Origin: Gemmatimonas sp.
Lineage (GTDB): Bacteria; Gemmatimonadota; Gemmatimonadetes; Gemmatimonadales; Gemmatimonadaceae
NCBI GenBank assembly: GCA_965279375.1
Contig: OZ257156.1
Span: forward strand, 1,888,001-1,952,000
Direction of reading: 5' to 3'
Length of the DNA stretch: 64,000 nt
How positions within the stretch are numbered: the first letter of the stretch is position 1; each line of letters opens with the position of its first letter. The translations under genes and the position numbers were made by a program. The notes beneath the pieces were generated by a model. The model was not told where the DNA came from. It did no database searches and worked only from the letters and a program-made list of their open reading frames with translations. This document shows positions 46,080-55,084 of the stretch, one piece after another.

Positions 46080-46796
46080 CTAGGACGCGGGCAGCCAGAG
46101 TGACACGATGGTGCGCCCATCCGCACGCTCGCGGGTGAGTGTGCCACCACTCGCGCGCGCGAAAGCCCGTGCGATGCTCAGTCCAAATCCTGCGCCGCGC
46201 ACCCCGTCCTTGGTCGTCACGAACGGCTCTTCCGCGTTCGCCTGCACCGATTCGGCAAAGCCTGGCCCATCGTCCGCGACTGACACCACGAGCCAGCGCC
46301 TCGCTGCCCGCTCACCGTCGGCATGCGGGAGAGGCTCTGTCAGGATGCATTCCGCACGGGACAGCGTGATGATGCTCGAGGCCGGTGCCGCGTCGCGCGC
46401 ATTGATGAGCAACTCACGGATGGCGTCGGCCATCCACGATGCATCCGTCTCTATCGATGCCACACCCTCGCCGCTCGTCGCGTCGAAGTGCACCGTCGCG
46501 CGCTCACTGCTCGCGGGCTGCGTGGCGACGACATCGCGCAGAATGAGGTCCGGATCGGTCGGGCGAAGTCGCATGGTCCCTGCCCGCGCGAAACGCGCCG
46601 TGCGCTGCACATAGCTCACCATCGCGTCGGCAGCGCGATGGATTTCCATCACGTCCGCGTGCGCCGGGCTGTCGGCCGGAAGATCTCCGAGCAGCAACTC
46701 GCTGTAGGTGCGAATGACCGTCGCGAAGTTGTTCAGGTCATGCGCGATTTTGCGCGCGAACAGATCGGTGGTCGTGGCGGGGTCCATAGGTGCCAT
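46080..46796 (-). CDS. Sensorless histidine kinase (HisKA + HATPase only)
   Basis: IAHDLNN at residue ~17, ELLINARDA, DDGPG, EPFVTTK, GAGFGL. Confidence 0.85.
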   Translation of the reverse strand: MAPMDPATTTDLFARKIAHDLNNFATVIRTYSELLLGDLPADSPAHADVMEIHRAADAMVSYVQRTARFARAGTMRLRPTDPDLILRDVVATQPASSERATVHFDATSGEGVASIETDASWMADAIRELLINARDAAPASSIITLSRAECILTEPLPHADGERAARRWLVVSVADDGPGFAESVQANAEEPFVTTKDGVRGAGFGLSIARAFARASGGTLTRERADGRTIVSLWLPAS

Positions 46797-46885
46797 TGAA
46801 GAAAGGAGACATTGCGTCGATTGACAACCATCATTCTATGCGATGGTATACAGCATCTGCCCGTCTCCCGCCAATCGAGGTCGCC

Positions 46886-47482
46886 ATGTCGTTCGTGCCC
46901 GTCCGCCTCTCGCTGCTTGCTGCCCTTACCATTGCTCCACTCGCGCTCGCCGGCGCGCAGACGATTCCGCCCGTGGACATCCAGATCGCCTCAGCGGTCA
47001 TCGCGCTCCCCAAGGAAATGCGCGATGGCGCTGGCGTCATGGGCTATCGCACCGCCGGCAAGCTCGAGTTGGTGCGTCCATCCAAGAACGGCATGCTCTG
47101 CCTCGCCGATGATCCCGCGGAGAAGCAATTCCATGTCTCGTGCTATCACGACTCGATGGAACCGTTCATGGCGCGTGGTCGCGCATTGCGCGCCTCTGGC
47201 GTCACTGGCGCACAGGTGGACACCGCACGCTTTGCCGAAGTGAAGTCGGGAAAGATCAAGATGCCGACCGCGCCCGCGTCGCTGTATCAGATCTTCGGCC
47301 CCAAGAAGGATTTCAACCCGGCCACCGGTACCGTGTCCGAGCCGCGCTCGCTGTTCGTGGTCTACATCCCCTTCGCGACGGCACTCTCCACCGGACTGAC
47401 GACCACGCCGACCGACAAGGGACCATGGCTGATGCTGCCGGGCACACCCAAGGCGCACATCATGTTCAGCACGAGCATGTAG
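46886..47482 (+). CDS. Exported hypothetical protein
   Basis: GAGG RBS; signal peptide (..LALAGAQ); CLAD/CYH and PWLM.PGTP.AHIM motifs. Confidence 0.65.
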   Translation: MSFVPVRLSLLAALTIAPLALAGAQTIPPVDIQIASAVIALPKEMRDGAGVMGYRTAGKLELVRPSKNGMLCLADDPAEKQFHVSCYHDSMEPFMARGRALRASGVTGAQVDTARFAEVKSGKIKMPTAPASLYQIFGPKKDFNPATGTVSEPRSLFVVYIPFATALSTGLTTTPTDKGPWLMLPGTPKAHIMFSTSM

Positions 47483-47492
47483 GAGTCCTCAG

Positions 47493-48137
47493 GTGACGGA
47501 GTTGACTGACGCACGGGCTCGGCGCGCGGTCGCCGAGCTCTCGGCGAATGACCCGAAGATGGCGCTGGCCATCGAGCGCGTGGGGCCGTGCACGCTCCGT
47601 CCGCGCACCGACGGCACGCACTTCGATCATCTCGCACGCGCTATCGTCTTCCAGCAGCTTTCCGGCTCGGCGGCAAGCACGATCTATGGGCGCTTCGTGG
47701 CGCAGTGCGGCGATGGCGCGGCGCCTACACCAGCCCAGATCCTCGCACACGACGACACGGTGCTGCGCGGCTGTGGTCTATCGACCGCGAAGACCGCTGC
47801 CATTCGCGATCTCGCCCGTCACGTGGAGGACGGGCGGCTCCCGCTCGATCGGGTGCACACGATGGACGACGAAGCGGTCATCGAGGCGCTGGTGCCAGTG
47901 CGCGGCGTGGGGCGCTGGACGGCGCAGATGTTTCTCATGTTCCGCCTCGGACGCCCCGACGTGCTCCCCGTACTCGACCTCGGTGTGCGGAAAGGCGCGC
48001 AGCAGATCTATCGCATGCGAAAACTCCCCGAGATCGATCGGCTGGAGAAAGTGGCGAAGAAGTGGCGACCGTGGGCATCGGTGGCGAGCTGGTATTGCTG
48101 GCGGGTGCTGGACCTGGAAGACGCCGGCGGCTGGTAG
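47493..48137 (+). CDS. alkA: DNA-3-methyladenine glycosylase, AlkA/HhH-GPD family
   Basis: L.RAI..QQLS..AA.TI, GLS..K, HhH V.GVG.WTAQM, DVLP..DLG, WRPW.S. Confidence 0.9.
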   Translation: MTELTDARARRAVAELSANDPKMALAIERVGPCTLRPRTDGTHFDHLARAIVFQQLSGSAASTIYGRFVAQCGDGAAPTPAQILAHDDTVLRGCGLSTAKTAAIRDLARHVEDGRLPLDRVHTMDDEAVIEALVPVRGVGRWTAQMFLMFRLGRPDVLPVLDLGVRKGAQQIYRMRKLPEIDRLEKVAKKWRPWASVASWYCWRVLDLEDAGGW

Positions 48138-48168
48138 CGCTCGCTGGTAGCGCTCGCCTGCAGCGCTC
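48130..48168. repeat. 13-bp tandem repeat x3
   Basis: GCTGGTAGCGCTC / GCTGGTAGCGCTC / GCCTGCAGCGCTC spanning the alkA stop. Confidence 0.75.
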
Positions 48169-48207
48169 GCTCGTGAACCAGTAGCGCCATTCTCCCGTTC
48201 AGCTGGT

Positions 48208-49587
48208 ATGAGCCAAACTGTCTTCACCAAGTCGTTGCGCGTTCCCGTGCCGGTCGAAACGCTCTTTGCCTGGCACGAGCGCGCGGGCGCGTTTCAACGG
48301 CTGTCTCCGCCGTGGGATCGTCCGCGCATCATCGAGCAGACCGGCGGCATTCGCGACGGCGCCAAGGTCGTACTGGAGGTGCATGCCGGGCCGATCGCGA
48401 CGACGTGGCGGCTGCGACATCAGGATTACATCGCCAACCAGCAGTTCCGTGATGTCCTGGAAAGCGGCCCGTTCTCCGAGTGGGTGCATACGCACCGCTT
48501 TGCGGCGGAGGGGGCGCAGGCCAGCGTGCTCACCGACGAGATCGCGTACGCGCTGCCCATGGGTGCTATTGGCGACATGGTCGGCGGCGGTTACGCGTCG
48601 CGGACGCTCGAGCGCGTCTTCGCCTATCGGCACGCGCTGTTGGCCGGCGATCTCGAGCGGCATGCGCAGTTTGCCGACCGGCCTCGGATGCGCGTGGCGA
48701 TCACGGGCGCGAGTGGACTGATCGGCACGCAGCTGGCGGCGTTTCTCTCCACCGGCGGCCACGAGGTGGTGCGCATCGGCCGCGGTGCCGTGCGGCCCGG
48801 TGTGGTGGACATCAGTTGGGATCCCGATCGTGGCACGCTTGACCCGCGCGCGCTGGAAGGCGTGGACGCCGTGGTGCATCTGGCCGGCGCGCCCATCGCG
48901 GATCGTTGGACCACGGCGCACCGCGCGGCGATCAAGACGAGCCGCGCGGAAGGGACGTCGCTGTTGGCGCACACGCTGGCGCAGCTCTCGCGGAAGCCGG
49001 CCGTGCTGCTGAGCGGATCGGCGATCGGCATCTATGGCAGCCGTGGCGACGAGCTGCTGGACGAGTCGAGCGCGCTGGGAAGCGGCTACCTGGCGGAGGT
49101 CGGCCGAGCGTGGGAGGGCGCGACCGCGCCGGCCGAGAAGGCGGGCATCCGGGTGGTGCACGTGCGGACTGGCATCGTGCAGGGCGCGGCCGGCGGGGCG
49201 CTGGGGAAGCAAGCGCCACTCTTCTCGCTCGGACTCGGCGCTCGGCTTGGCGACGGGAAGCAGTGGATCAGCCCGATCGCGCTGGACGACGAGATCGGCG
49301 CGCTGCACTTCTGCCTGATGCGGCCGGACATCCGGGGAGCGGTCAACTTCGTGGCCCCGACTGCCATGACCAACGCCGACTACTCGCGGGTGCTCGCCGA
49401 CGTGATGCACCGTCCGCTGCTGGCCTCGGCGCCGGCCTTTGTGCTACGCGGGCTGCTGGGGGGGGAGATGGCGGACGAAACGGTGCTGGCGAGCCAGCGG
49501 GTCGCGCCGACCGTGCTGCAGCGTGCAGGTTTCCCGTTCCGGCTTCCCAATCTCGCCGACATGCTGCGATTCGAGTTGGGGGACTGA
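48208..49587 (+). CDS. TIGR01777 (YfcH-like) oxidoreductase with an N-terminal SRPBCC domain
   Basis: F.WHER.GAF.RL.PPW, GPF..W.H.H.F; ITGASGLIG, HLAG..I..RWT, SGSAIG.YG, GDGKQW.S.I. Confidence 0.9.
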   Translation: MSQTVFTKSLRVPVPVETLFAWHERAGAFQRLSPPWDRPRIIEQTGGIRDGAKVVLEVHAGPIATTWRLRHQDYIANQQFRDVLESGPFSEWVHTHRFAAEGAQASVLTDEIAYALPMGAIGDMVGGGYASRTLERVFAYRHALLAGDLERHAQFADRPRMRVAITGASGLIGTQLAAFLSTGGHEVVRIGRGAVRPGVVDISWDPDRGTLDPRALEGVDAVVHLAGAPIADRWTTAHRAAIKTSRAEGTSLLAHTLAQLSRKPAVLLSGSAIGIYGSRGDELLDESSALGSGYLAEVGRAWEGATAPAEKAGIRVVHVRTGIVQGAAGGALGKQAPLFSLGLGARLGDGKQWISPIALDDEIGALHFCLMRPDIRGAVNFVAPTAMTNADYSRVLADVMHRPLLASAPAFVLRGLLGGEMADETVLASQRVAPTVLQRAGFPFRLPNLADMLRFELGD

Positions 49588-49650
49588 ATCGTCCGTATTT
49601 GGGACGACTGACACCAAAACCGGGCGAGGCCCGTACGCTTCTGCAAACAT

Positions 49651-49911
49651 ATGAACGCCATCCTGATCGAAAGCGTCCTCTTCATCGCCCTCTTGGCGGT
49701 GGTGGGCGCTTTTGTACTGACGGCCCTTGGCTTCACGCCGTTCGGCACGCGGATCAAGCAGACCGCAAACCGCCGTCGTCTCGACAAGGTCGCCGATCTC
49801 ACCTGTCCGATTCATGGTCTCCAGCGCGAGCAGGATCTGGTGCGCTTGACCACGGGTGAACCCTTGTGTCCACACTGTTATCGGGAAGCCATAGATGGCC
49901 ACGTCGATTGA
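49651..49911 (+). CDS. Small membrane protein with a CxxH...CxxC zinc-ribbon-like motif
   Basis: Hydrophobic N-terminus, CPIHG...LCPHCY; overlaps the SPFH gene start. Confidence 0.65.
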   Translation: MNAILIESVLFIALLAVVGAFVLTALGFTPFGTRIKQTANRRRLDKVADLTCPIHGLQREQDLVRLTTGEPLCPHCYREAIDGHVD

Positions 49912-50869
49912 TGCTACGCTCGAAGGTCTTCGTAACTCCATGCGAAACAACATGACAAGTTCTGGTGGTGGTGCGGGTGGTGGTGGCCGCGGCGGCACGC
50001 TGCTCAAGCTTGCAGCGGCTGCTGCGGTGCTGCTGGTGGGCGTGAGCCTCGCCAAAAGCACGGTGGCCTACATCGAACCCGGACACGTCGGCATCGTGAT
50101 TCATCGCGGCGGTGGAGGTGTGGACCCGCAACCTCTGGGACCCGGCTTCCACGTGCGCAATCCGTTGATGACGCAGATCAACGAGTACCCGACGTTCATG
50201 CAGACGCTTGTGCTGACGCAGGCGAGCACCGAAGGCTCGCCCAACAACGACGAGATCAACGTCAACTCGGTGGAAGGCCAGCCGCTATCGCTCGATATCT
50301 CCATGTCGTTCGAGCTGCGTCCGGACAAGGTGCCAGCGCTGTATCAGACATTCCGCACGGATGTGAAGACGATCCAACACGGCTTCATCAAGCAGGCGAT
50401 CCGCCAGTCGCTGCAGGAAGTGGTGGGTAACGAGGAGATTGCGCAGATCCTTGGTCCAAAGAAGGCAGAGGTCGTGACGCGCACGCAGACCTTGCTGCAG
50501 AAGCGGTTGGATCCCTACGGCATCGAAGTGAAGCAGTTCACGCTCAACGAGTTCCGCGCACCCAAGGCGGTGATGGACGCCATCTCCCTCAAGAACGTCA
50601 TGCAGCAGCAGGCACTGACGGCGCAGAACGAATTGCAGAAGAACACCTTCCAGGCGCAGGGTGACAGCATCAAGGCGGCCGGTCGCGCGAAGGCGATTCT
50701 GACCGAAGCCGAGGCGCAGGCCAAGGCCAACGAGTTGCTCTCGCGCAGCATCACGGGCTCGCTCGTGCAGTACGAGATGGCCAAGCGTTGGAATGGACAG
50801 ATGCCGCAGGTGACCGGCGGTGCGATGCCGATGCTGCAGCTGCCGGGTGCCGGCAAGCCGGAGCAATAG
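49895..50869 (+). CDS. SPFH/prohibitin (band 7) family protein
   Basis: TM helix, IEPGHVGIV, GPGFH..NP, Ala-rich coiled coil EAEAQAKAN, RWNG.MP.V.GG. Confidence 0.88.
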   Translation: MATSIDATLEGLRNSMRNNMTSSGGGAGGGGRGGTLLKLAAAAAVLLVGVSLAKSTVAYIEPGHVGIVIHRGGGGVDPQPLGPGFHVRNPLMTQINEYPTFMQTLVLTQASTEGSPNNDEINVNSVEGQPLSLDISMSFELRPDKVPALYQTFRTDVKTIQHGFIKQAIRQSLQEVVGNEEIAQILGPKKAEVVTRTQTLLQKRLDPYGIEVKQFTLNEFRAPKAVMDAISLKNVMQQQALTAQNELQKNTFQAQGDSIKAAGRAKAILTEAEAQAKANELLSRSITGSLVQYEMAKRWNGQMPQVTGGAMPMLQLPGAGKPEQ

Positions 50870-50870
50870 G

Positions 50871-51362
50871 GTGCCGATGGTGGAGTTCGACGCGCTGCCC
50901 GACGCGGCGCGCGTGTGGGTGTTCGGCGCGGCCGCGCCGGTGGAAGGCGCGGCCCGCGAAGTGTTGTTGCAGGCGGTGGATGCTCACCTGAGCCAGTGGC
51001 GCGCGCACGGTGCGCCGCTGGTGTGCGCACGTACGTTGCGCGACGATCGTTTTCTCGCGGTTGCAGTGGACGAAGCCGCGACGGGTGCGACGGGCTGCTC
51101 GATCGACGGCATGTTTCGCGTGCTGACCTCGATCGAGCGGGAGATCAACACCACGCTCGTTGGTGGTGGCACGGTGTTCTGGCGTGCGGCCGATGGAGCA
51201 GTACAGGCAGCGCCGCGCAGTGCATTCGTGGCGGCAGCGCAGTCGGGTCAGCTGACGCCGGAGACGTCGGTGTTCGATACAACGGTGAGTACCGTGGGCG
51301 ACTGGCGCGCGCGCTTCGAGCGGCGTGCTGCCGACTCGTGGCACGGGAAGCTGATCAAGTAG
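50871..51362 (+). CDS. Conserved hypothetical protein (ARVWVF...W.AHG...GCSID)
   Basis: Protein-like ORF 1 nt after the SPFH stop; alternative ATG at 50877. Confidence 0.7.
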   Translation: MPMVEFDALPDAARVWVFGAAAPVEGAAREVLLQAVDAHLSQWRAHGAPLVCARTLRDDRFLAVAVDEAATGATGCSIDGMFRVLTSIEREINTTLVGGGTVFWRAADGAVQAAPRSAFVAAAQSGQLTPETSVFDTTVSTVGDWRARFERRAADSWHGKLIK

Positions 51363-51401
51363 CGATCACGCGATACGCGATACGCGATACGCGATCACGC
51401 G
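51362..51401. repeat. Heptamer tandem repeat GCGAT(C)AC x5 between convergent genes
   Basis: GCGATCAC GCGATAC GCGATAC GCGATAC GCGATCAC GCG. Confidence 0.8.
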
Positions 51402-51412
51402 GTGCAATCGCG

Positions 51413-52489
51413 CTATCGCAGCCAGTCGTCGAGATGCGCCTGCACGAACGCGTTATCGTGCAGGTCGGGGAAACGGTCGATGACGCGCGTGAGCGCATCG
51501 CTCTGCCCCGGTGACAGCAGCTCGTGCGTGTCGAAGGTCCACGAGCCTTTCACCAGCCCCTGCCGACGCAACACGTCGAGAATGCCGGGGAGGCAACCGG
51601 TGTAGCCGTTGGCCGCGTCGAAGATCAGCGCGTTGGCCATCGTGAGGGCTGCACCGCGCGTGAGCCATTCGCAGGGCACGTTGGCATCCCCGCGTGCGTG
51701 CCATGCGCGAATATCGTTGAGCCACTGCACTGCGCTGTGCGTCCACACCGCCCACTGCCCCAGCAGTCCGCCCACGAAGTGGCGCGTGCCGGTACGGCCG
51801 CCCGTTTGCACGGGAATGCGCGTGACGAGATCGGGGATGATCGCGTCGTCGTTGCCGGTGTACAGCGCGATGTCGTCTCGGCCGGCGTCGGCAATGGCGC
51901 GCACCACATCGAGCGTCGCATAGCGATCGAACGGCGCCACCTTGATCGCCACGACATTCGCGATCTCGGCGAACTCGCGCCAAAAGCTGTACGACAAGCG
52001 GCGCCCGCCGACCGCCGGCTGCAAGTAGAAGCCGAAGAGCGGAATGACATCGGCCACGTGTTTGCAGTGTGCGAGAATCGCCGCGTCGTCCGCATCGCGC
52101 CACGCGCCCAGCGACAGCAGACCGCAGTGGTAACCAAGCGCACGTGCGATGCCGGCTTCCTTGATGGCGTTGGCGGTATCACCAACGAGGCCGGCCACGC
52201 GCACGAAATCGCGCGGTGCGACGGCGAGCGATTCACTCGCCGTTTCGGCGGCGAGCTCCAACACCGGGCGATAGAGCCCGATCTTCGCGTCGTGAATGGG
52301 GAAGCCGGTCGTGTGCACACCAACGGCCATGCCGCCGGCGCCAGCAGCCAGGTAGTAGCGCGTGAGGGCGCGCTGATGGCGTTCGTCGACCGTGCGGCTG
52401 GGCGTGAGCGCGAGCGGATGCGCGGGGATGACGTGCCCGTGCGCGAGATGTTGTCGAACGTTAAACAGCGCGAGGTCAGAACTTGCCAT
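51413..52489 (-). CDS. Dihydrodipicolinate synthase (class I aldolase) family protein
   Basis: VIPAHPLAL, AVGVHTT, GFYLQ, VAIKVAPF.RY, LYTGNDD; start at MASSD. Confidence 0.85.
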   Translation of the reverse strand: MASSDLALFNVRQHLAHGHVIPAHPLALTPSRTVDERHQRALTRYYLAAGAGGMAVGVHTTGFPIHDAKIGLYRPVLELAAETASESLAVAPRDFVRVAGLVGDTANAIKEAGIARALGYHCGLLSLGAWRDADDAAILAHCKHVADVIPLFGFYLQPAVGGRRLSYSFWREFAEIANVVAIKVAPFDRYATLDVVRAIADAGRDDIALYTGNDDAIIPDLVTRIPVQTGGRTGTRHFVGGLLGQWAVWTHSAVQWLNDIRAWHARGDANVPCEWLTRGAALTMANALIFDAANGYTGCLPGILDVLRRQGLVKGSWTFDTHELLSPGQSDALTRVIDRFPDLHDNAFVQAHLDDWLR

Positions 52490-53501
52490 CGCGTACCTCG
52501 AAGCTGGTGGGCTTGTTGAGCAGTCGTCCGTTGCTCTGGATCCACTCCACGGCCCACGCACACAGCCGCTCCAATGGCAACGCGTCGTACGGCAGCGTGG
52601 CGCTCAGCGCGTCAGTGTTGGCCAGCAGCGCATCGGGCGCATCCTCCCCCACAAACGTCGGCGACACACCAGCGAGCTTGCCCACCCGCTCGGCGATTTC
52701 CACCACCGGCACGATCGGTCCAGTCACGTTGAGTGCAACCGCCGGCGACGAGGCGGCACCCAGTGCACGCAAGGCGAGTCGATTGGCGTCGCCCTGCCAG
52801 ATCACGTTCACGTGACTCATCGCGCGCGCGATCGGGATACCATGCAGCACCTTGAGCGCGATGTCGGTGACCACGCCGTAGCGCAGATCGCAGGCGTAGA
52901 ACAGGCGATAGAGCAACAGCGGTGAGTTTGTGCGACGGGCGACGGAGCTGAAGACGCGCTCGCGCCCCACGCACGATGCCGCGTAATCACCGTCGGGTGC
53001 CAACGTATCCGTCTCGCGAGAACCGCCCGCGACGAGCGGCGTGCGCGCATACACGTTGCCTGTGGAGAAGCAGACGATGCGGGCGCCCTGATACCGCTCC
53101 GCGGCATGCACCGATGTCACGACGTTCTGCGTCCACGTGCCGACGGGATCACCCGTCGTGCCGAACTTCTGTCCGGCCATCCACAGCACGTTGGGCGCGA
53201 ATGGCAACGAAGCGACCTGCGCGGGATCGGACAGATCGGCTCGCACGATGGTGATGCCCTCGGCCGAGAGCTGCTGCGCAACGGCCTCATTGCTGAAGCG
53301 AGAGACGGCGATGACGCGACGCGACGTGTGCGCGAGCGCGCGGCGCGCCATGCGTGCGACTGTGGGGCCCATCTTCCCACCGGCGCCCAAGACGATCACG
53401 TCGCCGTCGAGTGCGGCGAGCGCAGCGACGGTCGCCTCGTCCGGAGCGGAGAGGCGATCGTCGAGCGCGGATTCGTCAGCTGGCGCTGCTGACGACGCCA
53501 T
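52476..53501 (-). CDS. NAD-dependent epimerase/dehydratase family protein
   Basis: LGAGGKMG, G.KFGT, FSTGNVY, YA.SC.GRER, VNVIWQGDA; start at MASSA. Confidence 0.82.
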   Translation of the reverse strand: MASSAAPADESALDDRLSAPDEATVAALAALDGDVIVLGAGGKMGPTVARMARRALAHTSRRVIAVSRFSNEAVAQQLSAEGITIVRADLSDPAQVASLPFAPNVLWMAGQKFGTTGDPVGTWTQNVVTSVHAAERYQGARIVCFSTGNVYARTPLVAGGSRETDTLAPDGDYAASCVGRERVFSSVARRTNSPLLLYRLFYACDLRYGVVTDIALKVLHGIPIARAMSHVNVIWQGDANRLALRALGAASSPAVALNVTGPIVPVVEIAERVGKLAGVSPTFVGEDAPDALLANTDALSATLPYDALPLERLCAWAVEWIQSNGRLLNKPTSFEVRDGKF

Positions 53502-54246
53502 CGGGGAGAATGCCCAACTCGGCAGCGAGTGCGCGTCGTCCTTCCTCGATGCGATCACGCACACGCTGCTTGAGTGCCTGCAGGTCGGCGAGCGTGAGGT
53601 CTTTCGTTTCGATCGGCTCGAGCGCCTGGGCGAGCGCGCGCGCCGGCTGGAACTGGAACGTGCCCTTGGCCATCGCGCTGCGCGTGCCGGCAACGGCGAT
53701 GGGGAGAATCGGGGCGCCGGCTTCGATGGCCAGACGGAACGCGCCGTCCTTGAACGGCAGCATTTCCCAGTCGCGCGAACGCGTGCCTTCCGGGAAGATC
53801 ATGATCGAGACCTTCTTGGATAGCCGATCGCGACACTGCTTGATCGCGTCGATCGCCGATTCACGCTTGCCGCGAATGAGCTTGATGTCGCCGGCCATGT
53901 GCATCATCCAGCCCATGCACGGGATCTTGAACATCGTGTCCTTGCTCAGCCACTTCATCTCCCACGGGAAGCAGCTGATGAGGAAGATGTCGGCGTACGA
54001 CTCGTGGTTGGCGACCACGACGTACGGGCGGCGCGGATCGGCGAGGGTGCCCCGCGTGCGGAACCGCCACAGGCCGTTGAGGCGCATCGCCGTCACCCCG
54101 ACGATGCGAAACGCGCGCCCTGCGGCGTAGCGTCCCGGATCGAAGGGGGCGGTGAAGGCATAGATGGCCGCGACGATGGGCGTGCCGATGATGACCACCA
54201 GCACCGTCTCCGTCCACGCCCACGCGTTCAGCAGCCAGCGGAACAT
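53476..54246 (-). CDS. plsC: 1-acyl-sn-glycerol-3-phosphate acyltransferase (PlsC family)
   Basis: NHESYAD (HxxxxD), FPEGTRS, FK.GAF..A. Confidence 0.9.
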   Translation of the reverse strand: MFRWLLNAWAWTETVLVVIIGTPIVAAIYAFTAPFDPGRYAAGRAFRIVGVTAMRLNGLWRFRTRGTLADPRRPYVVVANHESYADIFLISCFPWEMKWLSKDTMFKIPCMGWMMHMAGDIKLIRGKRESAIDAIKQCRDRLSKKVSIMIFPEGTRSRDWEMLPFKDGAFRLAIEAGAPILPIAVAGTRSAMAKGTFQFQPARALAQALEPIETKDLTLADLQALKQRVRDRIEEGRRALAAELGILPDGVVSSAS

Positions 54247-54488
54247 CAGACGACCGGCGCGTCCGCGGGGGCAGCCGGCTCCACGGGATCGATGAAGCCC
54301 GCGGCCTTGTGCGAACCATCGCAGAACGGCTTGACGGCCGAATGGCCGCAGCGGCAGAGCGACATCGGACGCCCTTCGGCGCGCGGCGGGATGACGGCAC
54401 CGGTGTGGTCGAGAAGCTGAATCTGCGCGGCGTCTTCGGCGGAAATCCCGAGCGAACCGTTCTTGCGGACTGTGATCGTAATGGGCAT
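54246..54488 (-). CDS. CDGSH iron-sulfur domain protein
   Basis: CRCGHS..KPFCDGSH. Confidence 0.92.
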   Translation of the reverse strand: MPITITVRKNGSLGISAEDAAQIQLLDHTGAVIPPRAEGRPMSLCRCGHSAVKPFCDGSHKAAGFIDPVEPAAPADAPVV

Positions 54489-54531
54489 GCAGGAATTCTT
54501 GTAGAAAGGGGGAGAGACCGACGCGGTCGCG

Positions 54532-54984
54532 TCAGCTCTCGATATGACTGGCGAATTGGCGGAGCCGTGCGACCATGGCGGCCAACCCGGCCTCCCGTGC
54601 GCCCAGCCCGATGTCCTGCATGAGCGTGCGCACGAAGTCCGACGGGAGGGCCAGCGTCACTGCGGGCGGTTGGTCGTTGACCGCAGCAAAGGTAATGGCC
54701 AGCACGGCCGCGACCGTCGGGGACTGCCGGGCATTCACGTCGGCGTAGAAGTGGAGCGTCCCGTCGGGATTCCGATCCGGGAACAGATCCACCCGGGTCT
54801 GGCACTCCGGGACGGTGAAAGCGGCACGATCGAGCGCGGCGAAGCGCTCGGGGAGGGGCTCGAGCTTTTTTGACCAGGCCAGCAGCGCCTGCATCTTGTC
54901 CTCGCGGCCCAGCATCCGGAATTGGCGCAGGGTGCGCGCCAGCGTCGGGGGCAGTTCTGTGTCCGGGGCGGAAGGATCAGGCAT
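54532..54984 (-). CDS. sufE: SufE family sulfur-transfer protein
   Basis: L....KKL.PLP, V.ECQT.V, F.AD, R..GL.AM; start at MPDPS. Confidence 0.8.
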   Translation of the reverse strand: MPDPSAPDTELPPTLARTLRQFRMLGREDKMQALLAWSKKLEPLPERFAALDRAAFTVPECQTRVDLFPDRNPDGTLHFYADVNARQSPTVAAVLAITFAAVNDQPPAVTLALPSDFVRTLMQDIGLGAREAGLAAMVARLRQFASHIES

Positions 54985-55084
54985 GGGCGAAGAGAACGCG
55001 GCGCGCGGCGGTGGGTCAAGCGCACTGATTGACGCGTCGGGGTCCTTTCGGGAGCTTTCGGCTTCCCCACTTCCTGACGCTCCG

